A stretch of DNA of 64,000 nucleotides from Candidatus Zixiibacteriota bacterium. GTDB lineage: Bacteria; RBG-13-66-14; B26-G2; WVWN01. This document shows, piece by piece, positions 19,638 to 28,162 of the stretch. Position numbers and translations under genes: made by a program. Location: assembly GCA_050117845.1 (NCBI GenBank), contig JASFLY010000004.1, positions 96,001-160,000 of the forward strand, read 5' to 3'. Under the pieces are notes generated by a model. That model saw only the letters and a list, made by a program, of their open reading frames with translations. It ran no database searches and was not told where the DNA came from. Position 1 is the stretch's first letter, and every line of letters begins with the position of its first letter.

Positions 19638-19719
19638 AACTCGATTGCGCGAAACGTTCCCGCCCGGCCTCGGCCGGGCGTATTTATATTTGACCTTCTT
19701 GTCCGGTCAGTAGTATACT
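19638..19719 (+). repeat. Terminator+promoter cassette, copy 4
   Basis: Same hairpin, then TTGACC-N18-TATACT, upstream of the small basic ORF. Confidence 0.8.
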
Positions 19720-19791
19720 TAATAAACGTGAGCGGAGCATAAGGCCCGATTTTAAAATAGACATTTCCCGCAAAGAACCGGAGGTTCCCAT

Positions 19792-19908
19792 ATGGCCAAG
19801 GGCAGAGATCGCGGCAAGGACCAGAAGGGCGGAAAGAAGAAGAAACTCAAGGCCAAGAAGACGAAGGATAAAGAGGAGAAGCGCGAGCGGCGCACGTGGA
19901 ACAGGTAG
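19792..19908 (+). CDS. Small basic protein, 38 aa (not in ORF track)
   Basis: GGAGG RBS at 19780-19784; MAKGRDRGKDQKGGKKKKLKAKKTKDKEEKRERRTWNR; host-like codons; promoter upstream. Confidence 0.7.
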   Translation: MAKGRDRGKDQKGGKKKKLKAKKTKDKEEKRERRTWNR

Positions 19909-20106
19909 CGCGGCCGCCCGGCGTTATAACGCCGCCGTTTGAATTGCGATACCTCGACGTTTAATAGCGCCGGCCTTGACGGGCCGGCGTTTCGTATTGT
20001 TCCCGCCCCCCCCTTGACCCGGCGAAAACCCATACTATAATTACAAAAATCGCCTCGAGCGGCGAAATACTCGCCTATTGATTTCGGAAAATAATCGGGG
20101 GTGGCT

Positions 20107-20640
20107 ATGGGGGGGCCGGGGAGCGGCCGGCATTTGCCGGCCGTCAAAACGACGGTGGAGGAGTGCGCCTGGCATCTCGACTTGAGCCGGTGGTATCGCC
20201 ACGGCGTCATCCGGCCGGGCGCTTATACCAAGGGCGTGTGGTCGCGGCCTCCGGGTGCCGGCGGGTCGGCCTCCGTCGGCTTCGAGGTCGACGCCCGTGA
20301 CCCCCGGGCCGCGTGGTACCGCCTCTTCTACCGGGTCGGCGGCGGGACGGCGGGGGAGCCGGGAGAGGTCGTCGACGAGCGGGCGCCCCTCGTCGTTACG
20401 AAGCCGTATCACGGCGGCGTCCGCTTCTGGTTCACCTGCCCCGGCTGCGGCCGGCGCGTCCGCAAGCTGTACCTTCCCCCGGGCCGGCGGCGGTTCCGCT
20501 GCCGGCATTGCTGCGACCTGACCTACCGCAGTCGCCGCGAAAGCCATTCCTACGACCGCGTCCTGCTGCTCTGCGCGCCGGAACTCGCGAAGCAGGGCCG
20601 CACGGCCACGGAAATCCGCAACATAATGCGCTTAAAGTGA
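20107..20640 (+). CDS. Conserved hypothetical zinc-binding protein
   Basis: MGGPGSGR start and GGVRFWFTCPGCGRRVRKLYL..FRCRHCCDLTYRS double CxxC pattern. Confidence 0.7.
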   Translation: MGGPGSGRHLPAVKTTVEECAWHLDLSRWYRHGVIRPGAYTKGVWSRPPGAGGSASVGFEVDARDPRAAWYRLFYRVGGGTAGEPGEVVDERAPLVVTKPYHGGVRFWFTCPGCGRRVRKLYLPPGRRRFRCRHCCDLTYRSRRESHSYDRVLLLCAPELAKQGRTATEIRNIMRLK

Positions 20641-20837
20641 GAGGCCGCTTCCGTTTGCCTTCGCCCCCGCGACGCCGGTAAGATTGCGCGCCGACGGTTT
20701 CGCGGTCCGGGCGCTCCCTCCCATCTCGTGGCCGGCGATTTTGGCCCAAACTTTTTGATTTTCGCAATCCTATATAGTATAGTAAGAAGTGTTAACGAGG
20801 GGGTGCCCTACAACGTAGTATTATCAAAGGAGAGGCT

Positions 20838-22121
20838 ATGTTAAGGCGTACGTTATTTCTATTGACTATTATATGTATGGCTGTAGTCGCCGGCTACGGT
20901 ACAGCCGTTGCGGACGATAGTCCGGTCACCGCGGCCGAGGCGAACGGCCATAAGCCCGTAACCATGGAGCTAATAACGCTGGTGGCCAACAACCCCGAGG
21001 TCGGCGTTTTGCTCGAAAAATCCATTGCGGAGGCCAAGAAGGTCAATCCCGACCCGAAGACGAATCCGGTCCAGAGCCTGTCCGACTACTACTACTTCGT
21101 CGACCGGTCGTCCGAGCTTCTGCCGCAGGACATGCTTACGACGCCGTCGACTATGCCCATGCGCGATCGGATGCTGCAGGGTATCTGCTATTTTTATTTT
21201 TTAATCGACCAGCCTTTACCCGAACTGGAAGGCATGGGCCTGTTCAAGAATTCGCTCCAGTATTACGAACCGTTCGCCTCGTGGGCGCGCGATTTCGCCG
21301 TAACTCAGGGGCAGTACCTGGACACCGAGGCCTCGTGGAACGAGGACGTTTACAAAGCGATCTATAACGACCCGGAGTTCGGTTTGCAGACGGACTGGTA
21401 CGAATCGCCGTCCAACTGGAACACCTTCAATCGTTTCTTCGCCCGCTATCTGGCGTCGCCCGACAAGCGCCCGGTGGATTATCCGAACGATCCGTCCGTG
21501 GTCGTTGCCCCGGCCGATTCCGTGCCCCAGGGCATCTGGCCCATCGACGAGAATTCCCGGATAGTGGTCGACGGCGGCCTTAAGGTCAAGTTGGGAACGT
21601 ACTACAGCGTCGTGGACCTGCTGGGCTCGGAGAGCGAGTATAAGGACGCCTTCGCCGGCGGCGTGTTAACGCACACCTTCCTCAACGTCAACGACTATCA
21701 CCGCTATCACTTCGGCGTCGGCGGCGTGATCAAGGAGAAGATGAGCATCACGCGGAACGTGACGTTGGAGGTGACCTGGGACGGAGAAGAGAAGAAATAC
21801 GATCCCATCGATTCGACCGGCTGGCAGTTCTACCAGACCCGCGGTTACGTCATCGTCGATACCGGCGAGTTCGGCATGGTGGCCCTCATTCCCATGGGGA
21901 TGGCGCAGGTGTCCTCGGTCAACTTCGAGGATAACGTGAAGGTCGGCGCCACGCGCATGAAGGGCGATATGCTCGGTAATTTCTTCTTCGGCGGGTCCGA
22001 TTTCATCATGCTGTTCCAGAAGGACGCCGGCTTCGCTATAACGGCTCCCATGGAAAGCAAAACGGAATACAAGCACATCCTTACCGGCAAGGAGTACGGC
22101 CGGATGACCTCCGTGGAATAG
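20838..22121 (+). CDS. Phosphatidylserine decarboxylase-family proenzyme with signal peptide
   Basis: TFNRFFAR, VVAPADS, FLNVNDYHRYH, KGDMLGNFFFGGSD pyruvoyl self-cleavage site; AAGGAG RBS. Confidence 0.85.
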   Translation: MLRRTLFLLTIICMAVVAGYGTAVADDSPVTAAEANGHKPVTMELITLVANNPEVGVLLEKSIAEAKKVNPDPKTNPVQSLSDYYYFVDRSSELLPQDMLTTPSTMPMRDRMLQGICYFYFLIDQPLPELEGMGLFKNSLQYYEPFASWARDFAVTQGQYLDTEASWNEDVYKAIYNDPEFGLQTDWYESPSNWNTFNRFFARYLASPDKRPVDYPNDPSVVVAPADSVPQGIWPIDENSRIVVDGGLKVKLGTYYSVVDLLGSESEYKDAFAGGVLTHTFLNVNDYHRYHFGVGGVIKEKMSITRNVTLEVTWDGEEKKYDPIDSTGWQFYQTRGYVIVDTGEFGMVALIPMGMAQVSSVNFEDNVKVGATRMKGDMLGNFFFGGSDFIMLFQKDAGFAITAPMESKTEYKHILTGKEYGRMTSVE

Positions 22122-22157
22122 GCTCCCCCCGGCCGCGTAGTCTTCCTCCCGCAATAG

Positions 22158-22185
22158 AAAAGGGCCGGCGTTCGTGCCGGCCCTT
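22158..22185. terminator. Bidirectional terminator between convergent genes
   Basis: AAAAGGGCCGGC-gttcgt-GCCGGCCCTTT. Confidence 0.75.
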
Positions 22186-22202
22186 TGCGCGTTAATGTCG
22201 GC

Positions 22203-23099
22203 TTAGTGGAACAGGCCCTTGACTTTGCCCAGCGACGTCGGCTCCACGTGCGTGTCGGTGGTGGTGAACGACCATTCGTAGGTGGGCATCGCGTTGTCGA
22301 AGAGGTCCTTGCCGTCCACCTTGACGGTTACCACCGTGCCCCCGGGGAGTTGGCTGGTCGGGTCGAACGTTAAACGGAAGTCGAGAAAATTGCCGGAAAA
22401 GGAGAGGTCGCCCGGCACGACGGCGTCGCCCGGGACCGTTACCGATACCCGGACGGAATCGCGGTCCACGCCGGAACCGTCGTCCATCAGGTTGACCGCG
22501 ATGTCCGTATTGACGTTGACGCCGGTGGCGCCCGGCGCCGGGGTGGCGTTGAGGCAGTAGGGTGCGGCGGTATCGCCGTTGATCGTCCGGCGCAAGGCGT
22601 TTACTATCTCGGCCTCGGTAAAGCTGTCCGCTTCCATCCAGTAAATCTTGCCGGTGGTGCCGACGACGCTCGTCTGGCTGTCCCATTCGCTGCCCGGCAT
22701 CCGCCACGCGTAGAAGTCGCCGGCCTCGGCGTCCAGGAAGTCCTGCGGCAGGACGTGGGCGAAATATATATATTTATATTGGTATTGGGTGTACGCGTCG
22801 TCCCATCCGTTGTACGAAATTACTTCGACCCCCGCGCCTTCGTTGTGATAAGCGTCGTAGAGGCTTTCGAGTTGACCCAGCTCGTTTACGGACTGGCCGG
22901 AAGACGCCTTCCAGTGTACGACCACGACGCCCTTCCCCGAATAGGAATTGACGTCGAGCCACGGGCCGTGATAGCTCGGCGCCACGTTGTTGATCGTGTA
23001 GTTCGCGAGCGCGGGGTGGTCGTCTCCGACTTCCAACGGGACCGCCGGCCCCGCCGCGGCGGCCACCAGCGCGCCGACTATTAATATGTAACGGAACAT
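22203..23099 (-). CDS. Secreted protein: Cys-less TlpA/thioredoxin-like fold + Ig-like domain + C-terminal tag
   Basis: GGAGG RBS, signal peptide; GKGVVVVHWKASSGQSVNELGQLESLYDAY; DTAAPY..TPAPGATGV Ig-like domain; ends VEPTSLGKVKGLFH. Confidence 0.8.
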   Translation of the reverse strand: MFRYILIVGALVAAAAGPAVPLEVGDDHPALANYTINNVAPSYHGPWLDVNSYSGKGVVVVHWKASSGQSVNELGQLESLYDAYHNEGAGVEVISYNGWDDAYTQYQYKYIYFAHVLPQDFLDAEAGDFYAWRMPGSEWDSQTSVVGTTGKIYWMEADSFTEAEIVNALRRTINGDTAAPYCLNATPAPGATGVNVNTDIAVNLMDDGSGVDRDSVRVSVTVPGDAVVPGDLSFSGNFLDFRLTFDPTSQLPGGTVVTVKVDGKDLFDNAMPTYEWSFTTTDTHVEPTSLGKVKGLFH

Positions 23100-23175
23100 A
23101 ACCAACCTCCTTTAAATAACGACGTCCCATCGTAGCCTCGCCCGGTACCGGCGTCAAGCATTATCCCTCTTCCCC

Positions 23176-23204
23176 TTGACCTTCCCCCGACTCCACCCTA
23201 TAAT
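23176..23204 (+). promoter_or_regulatory. Sigma70-like promoter
   Basis: TTGACC-N17-TATAAT. Confidence 0.75.
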
Positions 23205-23260
23205 ACGAGCTAACCGAACGACGTTCGAATCTCCCCGCCGGGGGAGATTAAGGAGGATAT

Positions 23261-23896
23261 ATGGGATGGCTCGAAGATAAAGTCGAGAAGTGGGGCCGGA
23301 AAATCCGCGAGTTCGGCGGCGCCGCGAAGAGCGAGAAGGTGCTGGAGGGCCACGAGGGCCTGGCCGAGGCGACGCCCGAGGGCCGGGCCGATTGGTCGCG
23401 CCGGGCGATGGAACGCCTGGCCGAGGTCCTGCCGGACGAGGCGGCGCGGGCCGAAATAATGGGCGCCCGGGCCTGCGTCTTCGTGGAGGAGTTCGGCGAG
23501 GAGCCGCTGCTCGAGTTGCGCGCGTTATATCGAAAAGACGGTTTGGAGGCGGTGTTCGAGGCCATGGAACGGGACCGGGAGAAACACAGCCGGCCTTACC
23601 TCGAGGGGAATGTAATCTACGAAACCAAGGCTCCCCGGGAGCCGGAGACGATGGAGGCCGCCGCCACGGCCGAAGAGAAGCGCGCCGCTTACTGCCATTG
23701 CCCGCTGGCCCGGGCCGGAGCGGGAACGGCGCCCGTCGCCCAGCCCTATTGCTGCTGCGGCGGCGGCTGGTACGAGGGGATCTGGAAGTTTATCCTCGAG
23801 AGGCCGGTGCGGGTGGAAACGGTCCGTTCCGTCATGAGCGGCGACGACTGCTGCACCTTCGCGGTGCACCTGCCGCCGAACGCGGTGAAACCGTAA
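23261..23896 (+). CDS. Cys-rich putative metal/ligand-binding protein (V4R/DUF6144-like)
   Basis: AAGGAGG RBS; YCHCP, YCCCGGGW, ERPVRVE..SVMSGDDCCTF pattern. Confidence 0.7.
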   Translation: MGWLEDKVEKWGRKIREFGGAAKSEKVLEGHEGLAEATPEGRADWSRRAMERLAEVLPDEAARAEIMGARACVFVEEFGEEPLLELRALYRKDGLEAVFEAMERDREKHSRPYLEGNVIYETKAPREPETMEAAATAEEKRAAYCHCPLARAGAGTAPVAQPYCCCGGGWYEGIWKFILERPVRVETVRSVMSGDDCCTFAVHLPPNAVKP

Positions 23897-23962
23897 GGCT
23901 GGAGGTAAACGCCGGGTATCCGTCGAGTATTGATAAATTAACGTGGATGTGCTATCTTTCAC

Positions 23963-24049
23963 ATGCGGCCTAATCCCCCTAAGGGGCCTATGGTCGTCCA
24001 CAAGCCCCGGTAGGCATTAGCCTCCGGGCGTCGTTCATTTTGGCCGTAT
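23963..24049 (+). ncRNA. Candidate small structured RNA (three-way junction)
   Basis: Starts just after TTGATA-N17-TATCTT (23930-23958); stems ATGCGGCC/GGCCGTAT, CCCC/GGGG, GCC(C)CGG..AGGC-ATTA-GCCT..CCGGGC. Confidence 0.3.
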
Positions 24050-24275
24050 TTAGACGGATATGCGTCATAGGGACAGGTTAATTTACACGCCGAAAATGCC
24101 CTTCGCGGCTGGTAACGTTATAATTATGAGGTATTTATAGACTTCGGCCGTACCGGCGGCCCGTATAAATGGTGATTTAGCTTTGCGGTTTTTAACGTCG
24201 TTTTGTGCTATACTTACTCTGTAATATGGTGAGAAAGGCGCTTCGGTATTGGCGGTAATTGGCGTGGGTATAAAC

Positions 24276-25349
24276 ATGCGTAGGTTTTCTTTGATAGTAG
24301 TCGCCGCGGCGGTAACGTTGGCCGCGGCGCCTTACGGATGGGCCCTGCCCACCGGCCTTTCCGGCCTAAGCTTCGCCGGCGGGGCCGGCGGCCCCACCGT
24401 CGCGTTCGCCCGGAGCGAGTACGGCTTCCCGGTGGGCGTGCGCTTTTGCCTCGGGCCGGAGGTCGGCGTGGGATTCGGCGACCACAGCGCCGTTTTCCTC
24501 GGCGGCACGGGCCGCTTCTATTTCATACCCATCAGCGGTACCGCCGCCCAACCGCATATATTCGGCGGCGGCGGCCTGCTCGTCGCCGACGACGAGGGTA
24601 CCCGCGTCGGCGAGGCCGATCCGGGGCCGTACGTCAATTTCGGGGCCGGCTGCGACGTCGATATCCCGTCCTCGTCGGTCTGCCCCTATTTCGACGTCGG
24701 CGCGTTCGTCTCGCCCGGCCGCGAGCCCAAGGTCGATTATAAAGTGGAGGCCGGAATCCGCTTCAACGTATCCCGGGCGCTGTGGTACGCCGAACGCGAC
24801 CGGGAACGCCGGGCCGCCGAGGAGCATTTCAACGAGAAGCTGGGCCGGGCCCGGGACGCCCGCGACCGCGGCGACCACGCCGAGGCCATCGCGCTGTGCC
24901 GCGAACTCCTGGCGGAATACCCCGACCGCGAAGAGGCCCGGGATCTCCTCCGGGAGTCGGAGGAGTTGCTCGCCGCCAGCCGGCCCGAACCCGCGCCGAC
25001 CCCCAGGCCGAAGCCCGTCCCCAAGCCGGAACCGAAACCGGAGCCCAAACCCGAACCGGCGCCCATCCCGGACGAAGCGGTGGACGCTTACAAGCAAGGC
25101 CGGGCCGCCCTGGCCGGCGGGTCGATAGACCGCGCGGTCTATATATTCTCCGCCGTCCTCAACGAGTGTCCCATGTACGGCGACGCCCGCGACGGCCTGG
25201 TGGAAGCCTATACCTACCAGGGCCTCGACCGCTATTCTCGGGGCAATATCTCCTCCGCCCTCGCGTCCTGGCGTAAGGCCCTCATTTACGACCCGGGGAA
25301 CGCCAAGGTCAAGCGTTACATCGATAAGGCCAACAGCGAGCGGCAGTAG
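24276..25349 (+). CDS. Outer-membrane beta-barrel-like domain + TPRs with Pro/Lys/Glu linker
   Basis: Signal peptide; alternating strands ending VEAGIRFN; TPR helices flanking PKPVPKPEPKPEPKPEP. Confidence 0.75.
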   Translation: MRRFSLIVVAAAVTLAAAPYGWALPTGLSGLSFAGGAGGPTVAFARSEYGFPVGVRFCLGPEVGVGFGDHSAVFLGGTGRFYFIPISGTAAQPHIFGGGGLLVADDEGTRVGEADPGPYVNFGAGCDVDIPSSSVCPYFDVGAFVSPGREPKVDYKVEAGIRFNVSRALWYAERDRERRAAEEHFNEKLGRARDARDRGDHAEAIALCRELLAEYPDREEARDLLRESEELLAASRPEPAPTPRPKPVPKPEPKPEPKPEPAPIPDEAVDAYKQGRAALAGGSIDRAVYIFSAVLNECPMYGDARDGLVEAYTYQGLDRYSRGNISSALASWRKALIYDPGNAKVKRYIDKANSERQ

Positions 25350-25384
25350 CCGGCGCCGCGTCGAGCGGCATTATCAACCCGATA

Positions 25385-25418
25385 AAAAAGGCGCCCGTTG
25401 CGGGGCGCCTCGTTTTTT
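25385..25418. terminator. Bidirectional terminator
   Basis: AAAAAGGCGCCC..GGGCGCCT..TTTTTT between convergent genes. Confidence 0.7.
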
Positions 25419-25431
25419 AGGTAAGCTCGCT

Positions 25432-26679
25432 TCAGAGCAGTTCCGTCAACCTGAGCGACACGTCCTCGACGGAGCCGTCGCCGCGCTCGACCGTCAACTC
25501 GAGCACCGTGCCGGCGGGGCCGGAGCGCAGCCGCGCCCATTCCGGCGCGGCCACTTCCGCCGCCGGCCGGCCGTTTACGGCCGTTACCTTGTCGCCCACG
25601 GCGAAGAGCTTCTCCGCCGGCGAGGCCGGGACCACCTTCTCGACGACGTAATGCCCCGCGGCCGGCCGGAGCAGGATCCCCGAGCGGTCGTAGTCGAAGG
25701 GCGCGTCGAAACTCTCTCCGGGCGCCAGGCCCAGCCGGCCCCCCGGGTAATCGAGGCAGAGCGTGAAGCGCGACATCACGCCGAACCCCACGTTCCCCGT
25801 GAGGCCCAGGCCGCAGGTCATGGGGGAGTCGCTCAGCTCGGGCAGGACGACCACCGGCCCGCGCACCTCGTAACTCCCGATAGTCAATCCGTCCATCCGG
25901 GCGAGATGCGCCGCCAGCGGCTTGGGCGCCGCGCCCCCCGCCCCCATGAGGACGGCTGGCAGTTTCGGCTCGGCCTCGTTTATCATGTCGTGTTCGGCGA
26001 CGTATCCCTCGTCGAATACGACCGCGCTGCGGTTGCCCAGGTCGACGACGAAGCCGCCGGTGTGGCCTCCCACCGTCATCTCGACCACCGGCGGGCCGCC
26101 GCCCATACGCGCCGGTACAAACTCGACCTCGGCCGGGTCCTCGAACGCCGCCGGGTCGTGGAACGTGACCGTCGAGGCGTCGTAGTCTATTTCGACGACG
26201 AAGTTGCGCAAAAAGTCCTGGCCCAGAAGGCCCGCTATCTCGAGGCCCGTCATCCGCCGTATCGCCGCCAGGTCGCCGGAGGCCGCCGTGGCCCCGACGA
26301 GCCGGGCGCCACCCACGGCGATCCGGTCCAGCTTTACCAGCGCGATTTCCGACTCGCCGCCGGGGCCGACCATTTTGGCGACGCCTACCTTGTTCCCCGG
26401 CGGAACGTCCACCGCCGAGGCGTCGACCAGCGTCATCGTCGTGCCGGTGTCGAGGATGAAGGGTTGCGGTTGTTCCCCGGCGCCCGCGGCCACGTCGACC
26501 AGGATTAAGTTCCCGACCAGCCGGAACGGGACCTCGGCCGCGTCGCCGTCCATATCCACCTCCGGGGCTTCCATCTCGATTCTCATGGGCACGGGCGTCG
26601 GCCCCTCCTGGGCCCGGGCGCCCGCCCCCGTCATGACGAATAGCGCGGCGAACGCGAGCGCCGCTCGTACGTTATTCAT
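25432..26679 (-). CDS. Secreted retropepsin-like aspartyl protease (two domains) + PDZ
   Basis: AAGGAGG RBS; FILDTGT, GLLGQDFL, VVDLGN, GNVGFG; PDZ VVPASPA..GDKVTAVNG. Confidence 0.85.
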   Translation of the reverse strand: MNNVRAALAFAALFVMTGAGARAQEGPTPVPMRIEMEAPEVDMDGDAAEVPFRLVGNLILVDVAAGAGEQPQPFILDTGTTMTLVDASAVDVPPGNKVGVAKMVGPGGESEIALVKLDRIAVGGARLVGATAASGDLAAIRRMTGLEIAGLLGQDFLRNFVVEIDYDASTVTFHDPAAFEDPAEVEFVPARMGGGPPVVEMTVGGHTGGFVVDLGNRSAVVFDEGYVAEHDMINEAEPKLPAVLMGAGGAAPKPLAAHLARMDGLTIGSYEVRGPVVVLPELSDSPMTCGLGLTGNVGFGVMSRFTLCLDYPGGRLGLAPGESFDAPFDYDRSGILLRPAAGHYVVEKVVPASPAEKLFAVGDKVTAVNGRPAAEVAAPEWARLRSGPAGTVLELTVERGDGSVEDVSLRLTELL

Positions 26680-26824
26680 ACGGCCTCCTTCTGCGAGGGT
26701 GTATCCCTTTACTGGTGGGACGGCCGGGCCGCAGGCCGGGTTGCAACGTCGCGACCTTTTACGCTTTGACAAACGCGCCGGGCCGTTTTATTCTTGAGGC
26801 CGTCGCTATTTTACGGGAGGTACC

Positions 26825-28162
26825 ATGAAGCTAATAGCGTCAATCGTTCTTGCAACCGCCCTCGCGGCAGCCGCGACCCCGGCCGAGTTCCCGTATTACC
26901 CGGAATACGCGGAGGAGTTCGCGAAGGTGGAAGAAATCACGCCGCTCCTCATGAAGAAGCACCTCTTGAGCTACTGCTTTTGGGGATTGCCGTACGACGT
27001 CGTATGCGAGCCGCTCGTCGTTCGCGACATTAACGGGATGCCGATAGGCTTCGTCTGCCTCACGTACGGCGGCGATGACTTCGGCAAAGTCCGACGCTGG
27101 AACGCCCTCGCCCGTAAACTTAACGCCGGCGAGGGGATGCGGGCGGATAAAATGGCCGACGAGATAACGAGCGCCGTCTCCGCCGGCTTCGCCTCGTACG
27201 CCATGCTGGGCGGCTACGACTTCGCGGTATTGGCGCCCGGCGAGGGTTCCGGCGGTTTCTCGACCGCCCTCAGCGGTTTTCGAAACGCTTGGACCCGAGC
27301 GCGCGTCGGCCTCGGCTCCGACAAGTTACGTTTCAAACGAGTGGTAGGTTTATCGCGAAACCAAATTCGGGCTTACGAATTCGAGGCCCCGTCGGGCGCG
27401 GCGATGTTCGTAAGTCTGGGCGAGTACAACGAACCCCACGTAATCACCGCGGACGAGCTTCGCGCATCCGGCGAAGAAGGCGCCAAGGCCGCCGCGGACC
27501 TTATAACGCGGCTGGAAAAAGAGGGCGCCCTCCAGGAGAGGCGGCGTATCTGGCGCGACATGGACGAGGCCGTGCCGGACGAATACGCCTGCCGGGAACT
27601 CCCCCGGATGATAACGCCGCCGGAGTACGTCGTAACGCCGGAGTTAGCGCGCAAGGCCGCGTTGTGGCTCGGGCGCGAATACGACCCGGAGGAGGGGCGC
27701 GCCGACCCGCGAGTATCGGAAGCTAAGGTTTTTTACGATTACAGGGGCGGGCGCGGATATTACGCCGTCTATCTTTACTTCGGCCCGGGCGAGATGCCGA
27801 CGTGGGAAACGCTCGAGCGGGACGCCGGCGATTATTTCGACGAGGCCGGGTCGTTTCGCAGTTTTATAATACCGACCGACAAGCGCGAGAGTTTCGACTT
27901 CCGCGGGCGGGAGTCGATTCCTCGGACCCTGTACCCGTACGAAACGGCCTGCGCGAACTTACGGCGTTTCCAACCCGCGCACGCGTGGGAGTACGAGCGG
28001 ACGTTCGTAGCCAGAGGCGACGTTTACTTCTTATTCCGCGCCGGCGACGAGGAGGTCATCACCGACCTGGAAGGGCGCACGGTCGCGCCGGAGATTTTGC
28101 CCCGCATTAAAATGTACGTCGACCCGGTCGACGTATGGCGCGAAATCGGGGGGGAAGAATGA
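26825..28162 (+). CDS. Secreted hypothetical protein (EFPYYPEYA family)
   Basis: GGAGG RBS, signal peptide; N-domain paralogous to next gene. Confidence 0.75.
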   Translation: MKLIASIVLATALAAAATPAEFPYYPEYAEEFAKVEEITPLLMKKHLLSYCFWGLPYDVVCEPLVVRDINGMPIGFVCLTYGGDDFGKVRRWNALARKLNAGEGMRADKMADEITSAVSAGFASYAMLGGYDFAVLAPGEGSGGFSTALSGFRNAWTRARVGLGSDKLRFKRVVGLSRNQIRAYEFEAPSGAAMFVSLGEYNEPHVITADELRASGEEGAKAAADLITRLEKEGALQERRRIWRDMDEAVPDEYACRELPRMITPPEYVVTPELARKAALWLGREYDPEEGRADPRVSEAKVFYDYRGGRGYYAVYLYFGPGEMPTWETLERDAGDYFDEAGSFRSFIIPTDKRESFDFRGRESIPRTLYPYETACANLRRFQPAHAWEYERTFVARGDVYFLFRAGDEEVITDLEGRTVAPEILPRIKMYVDPVDVWREIGGEE

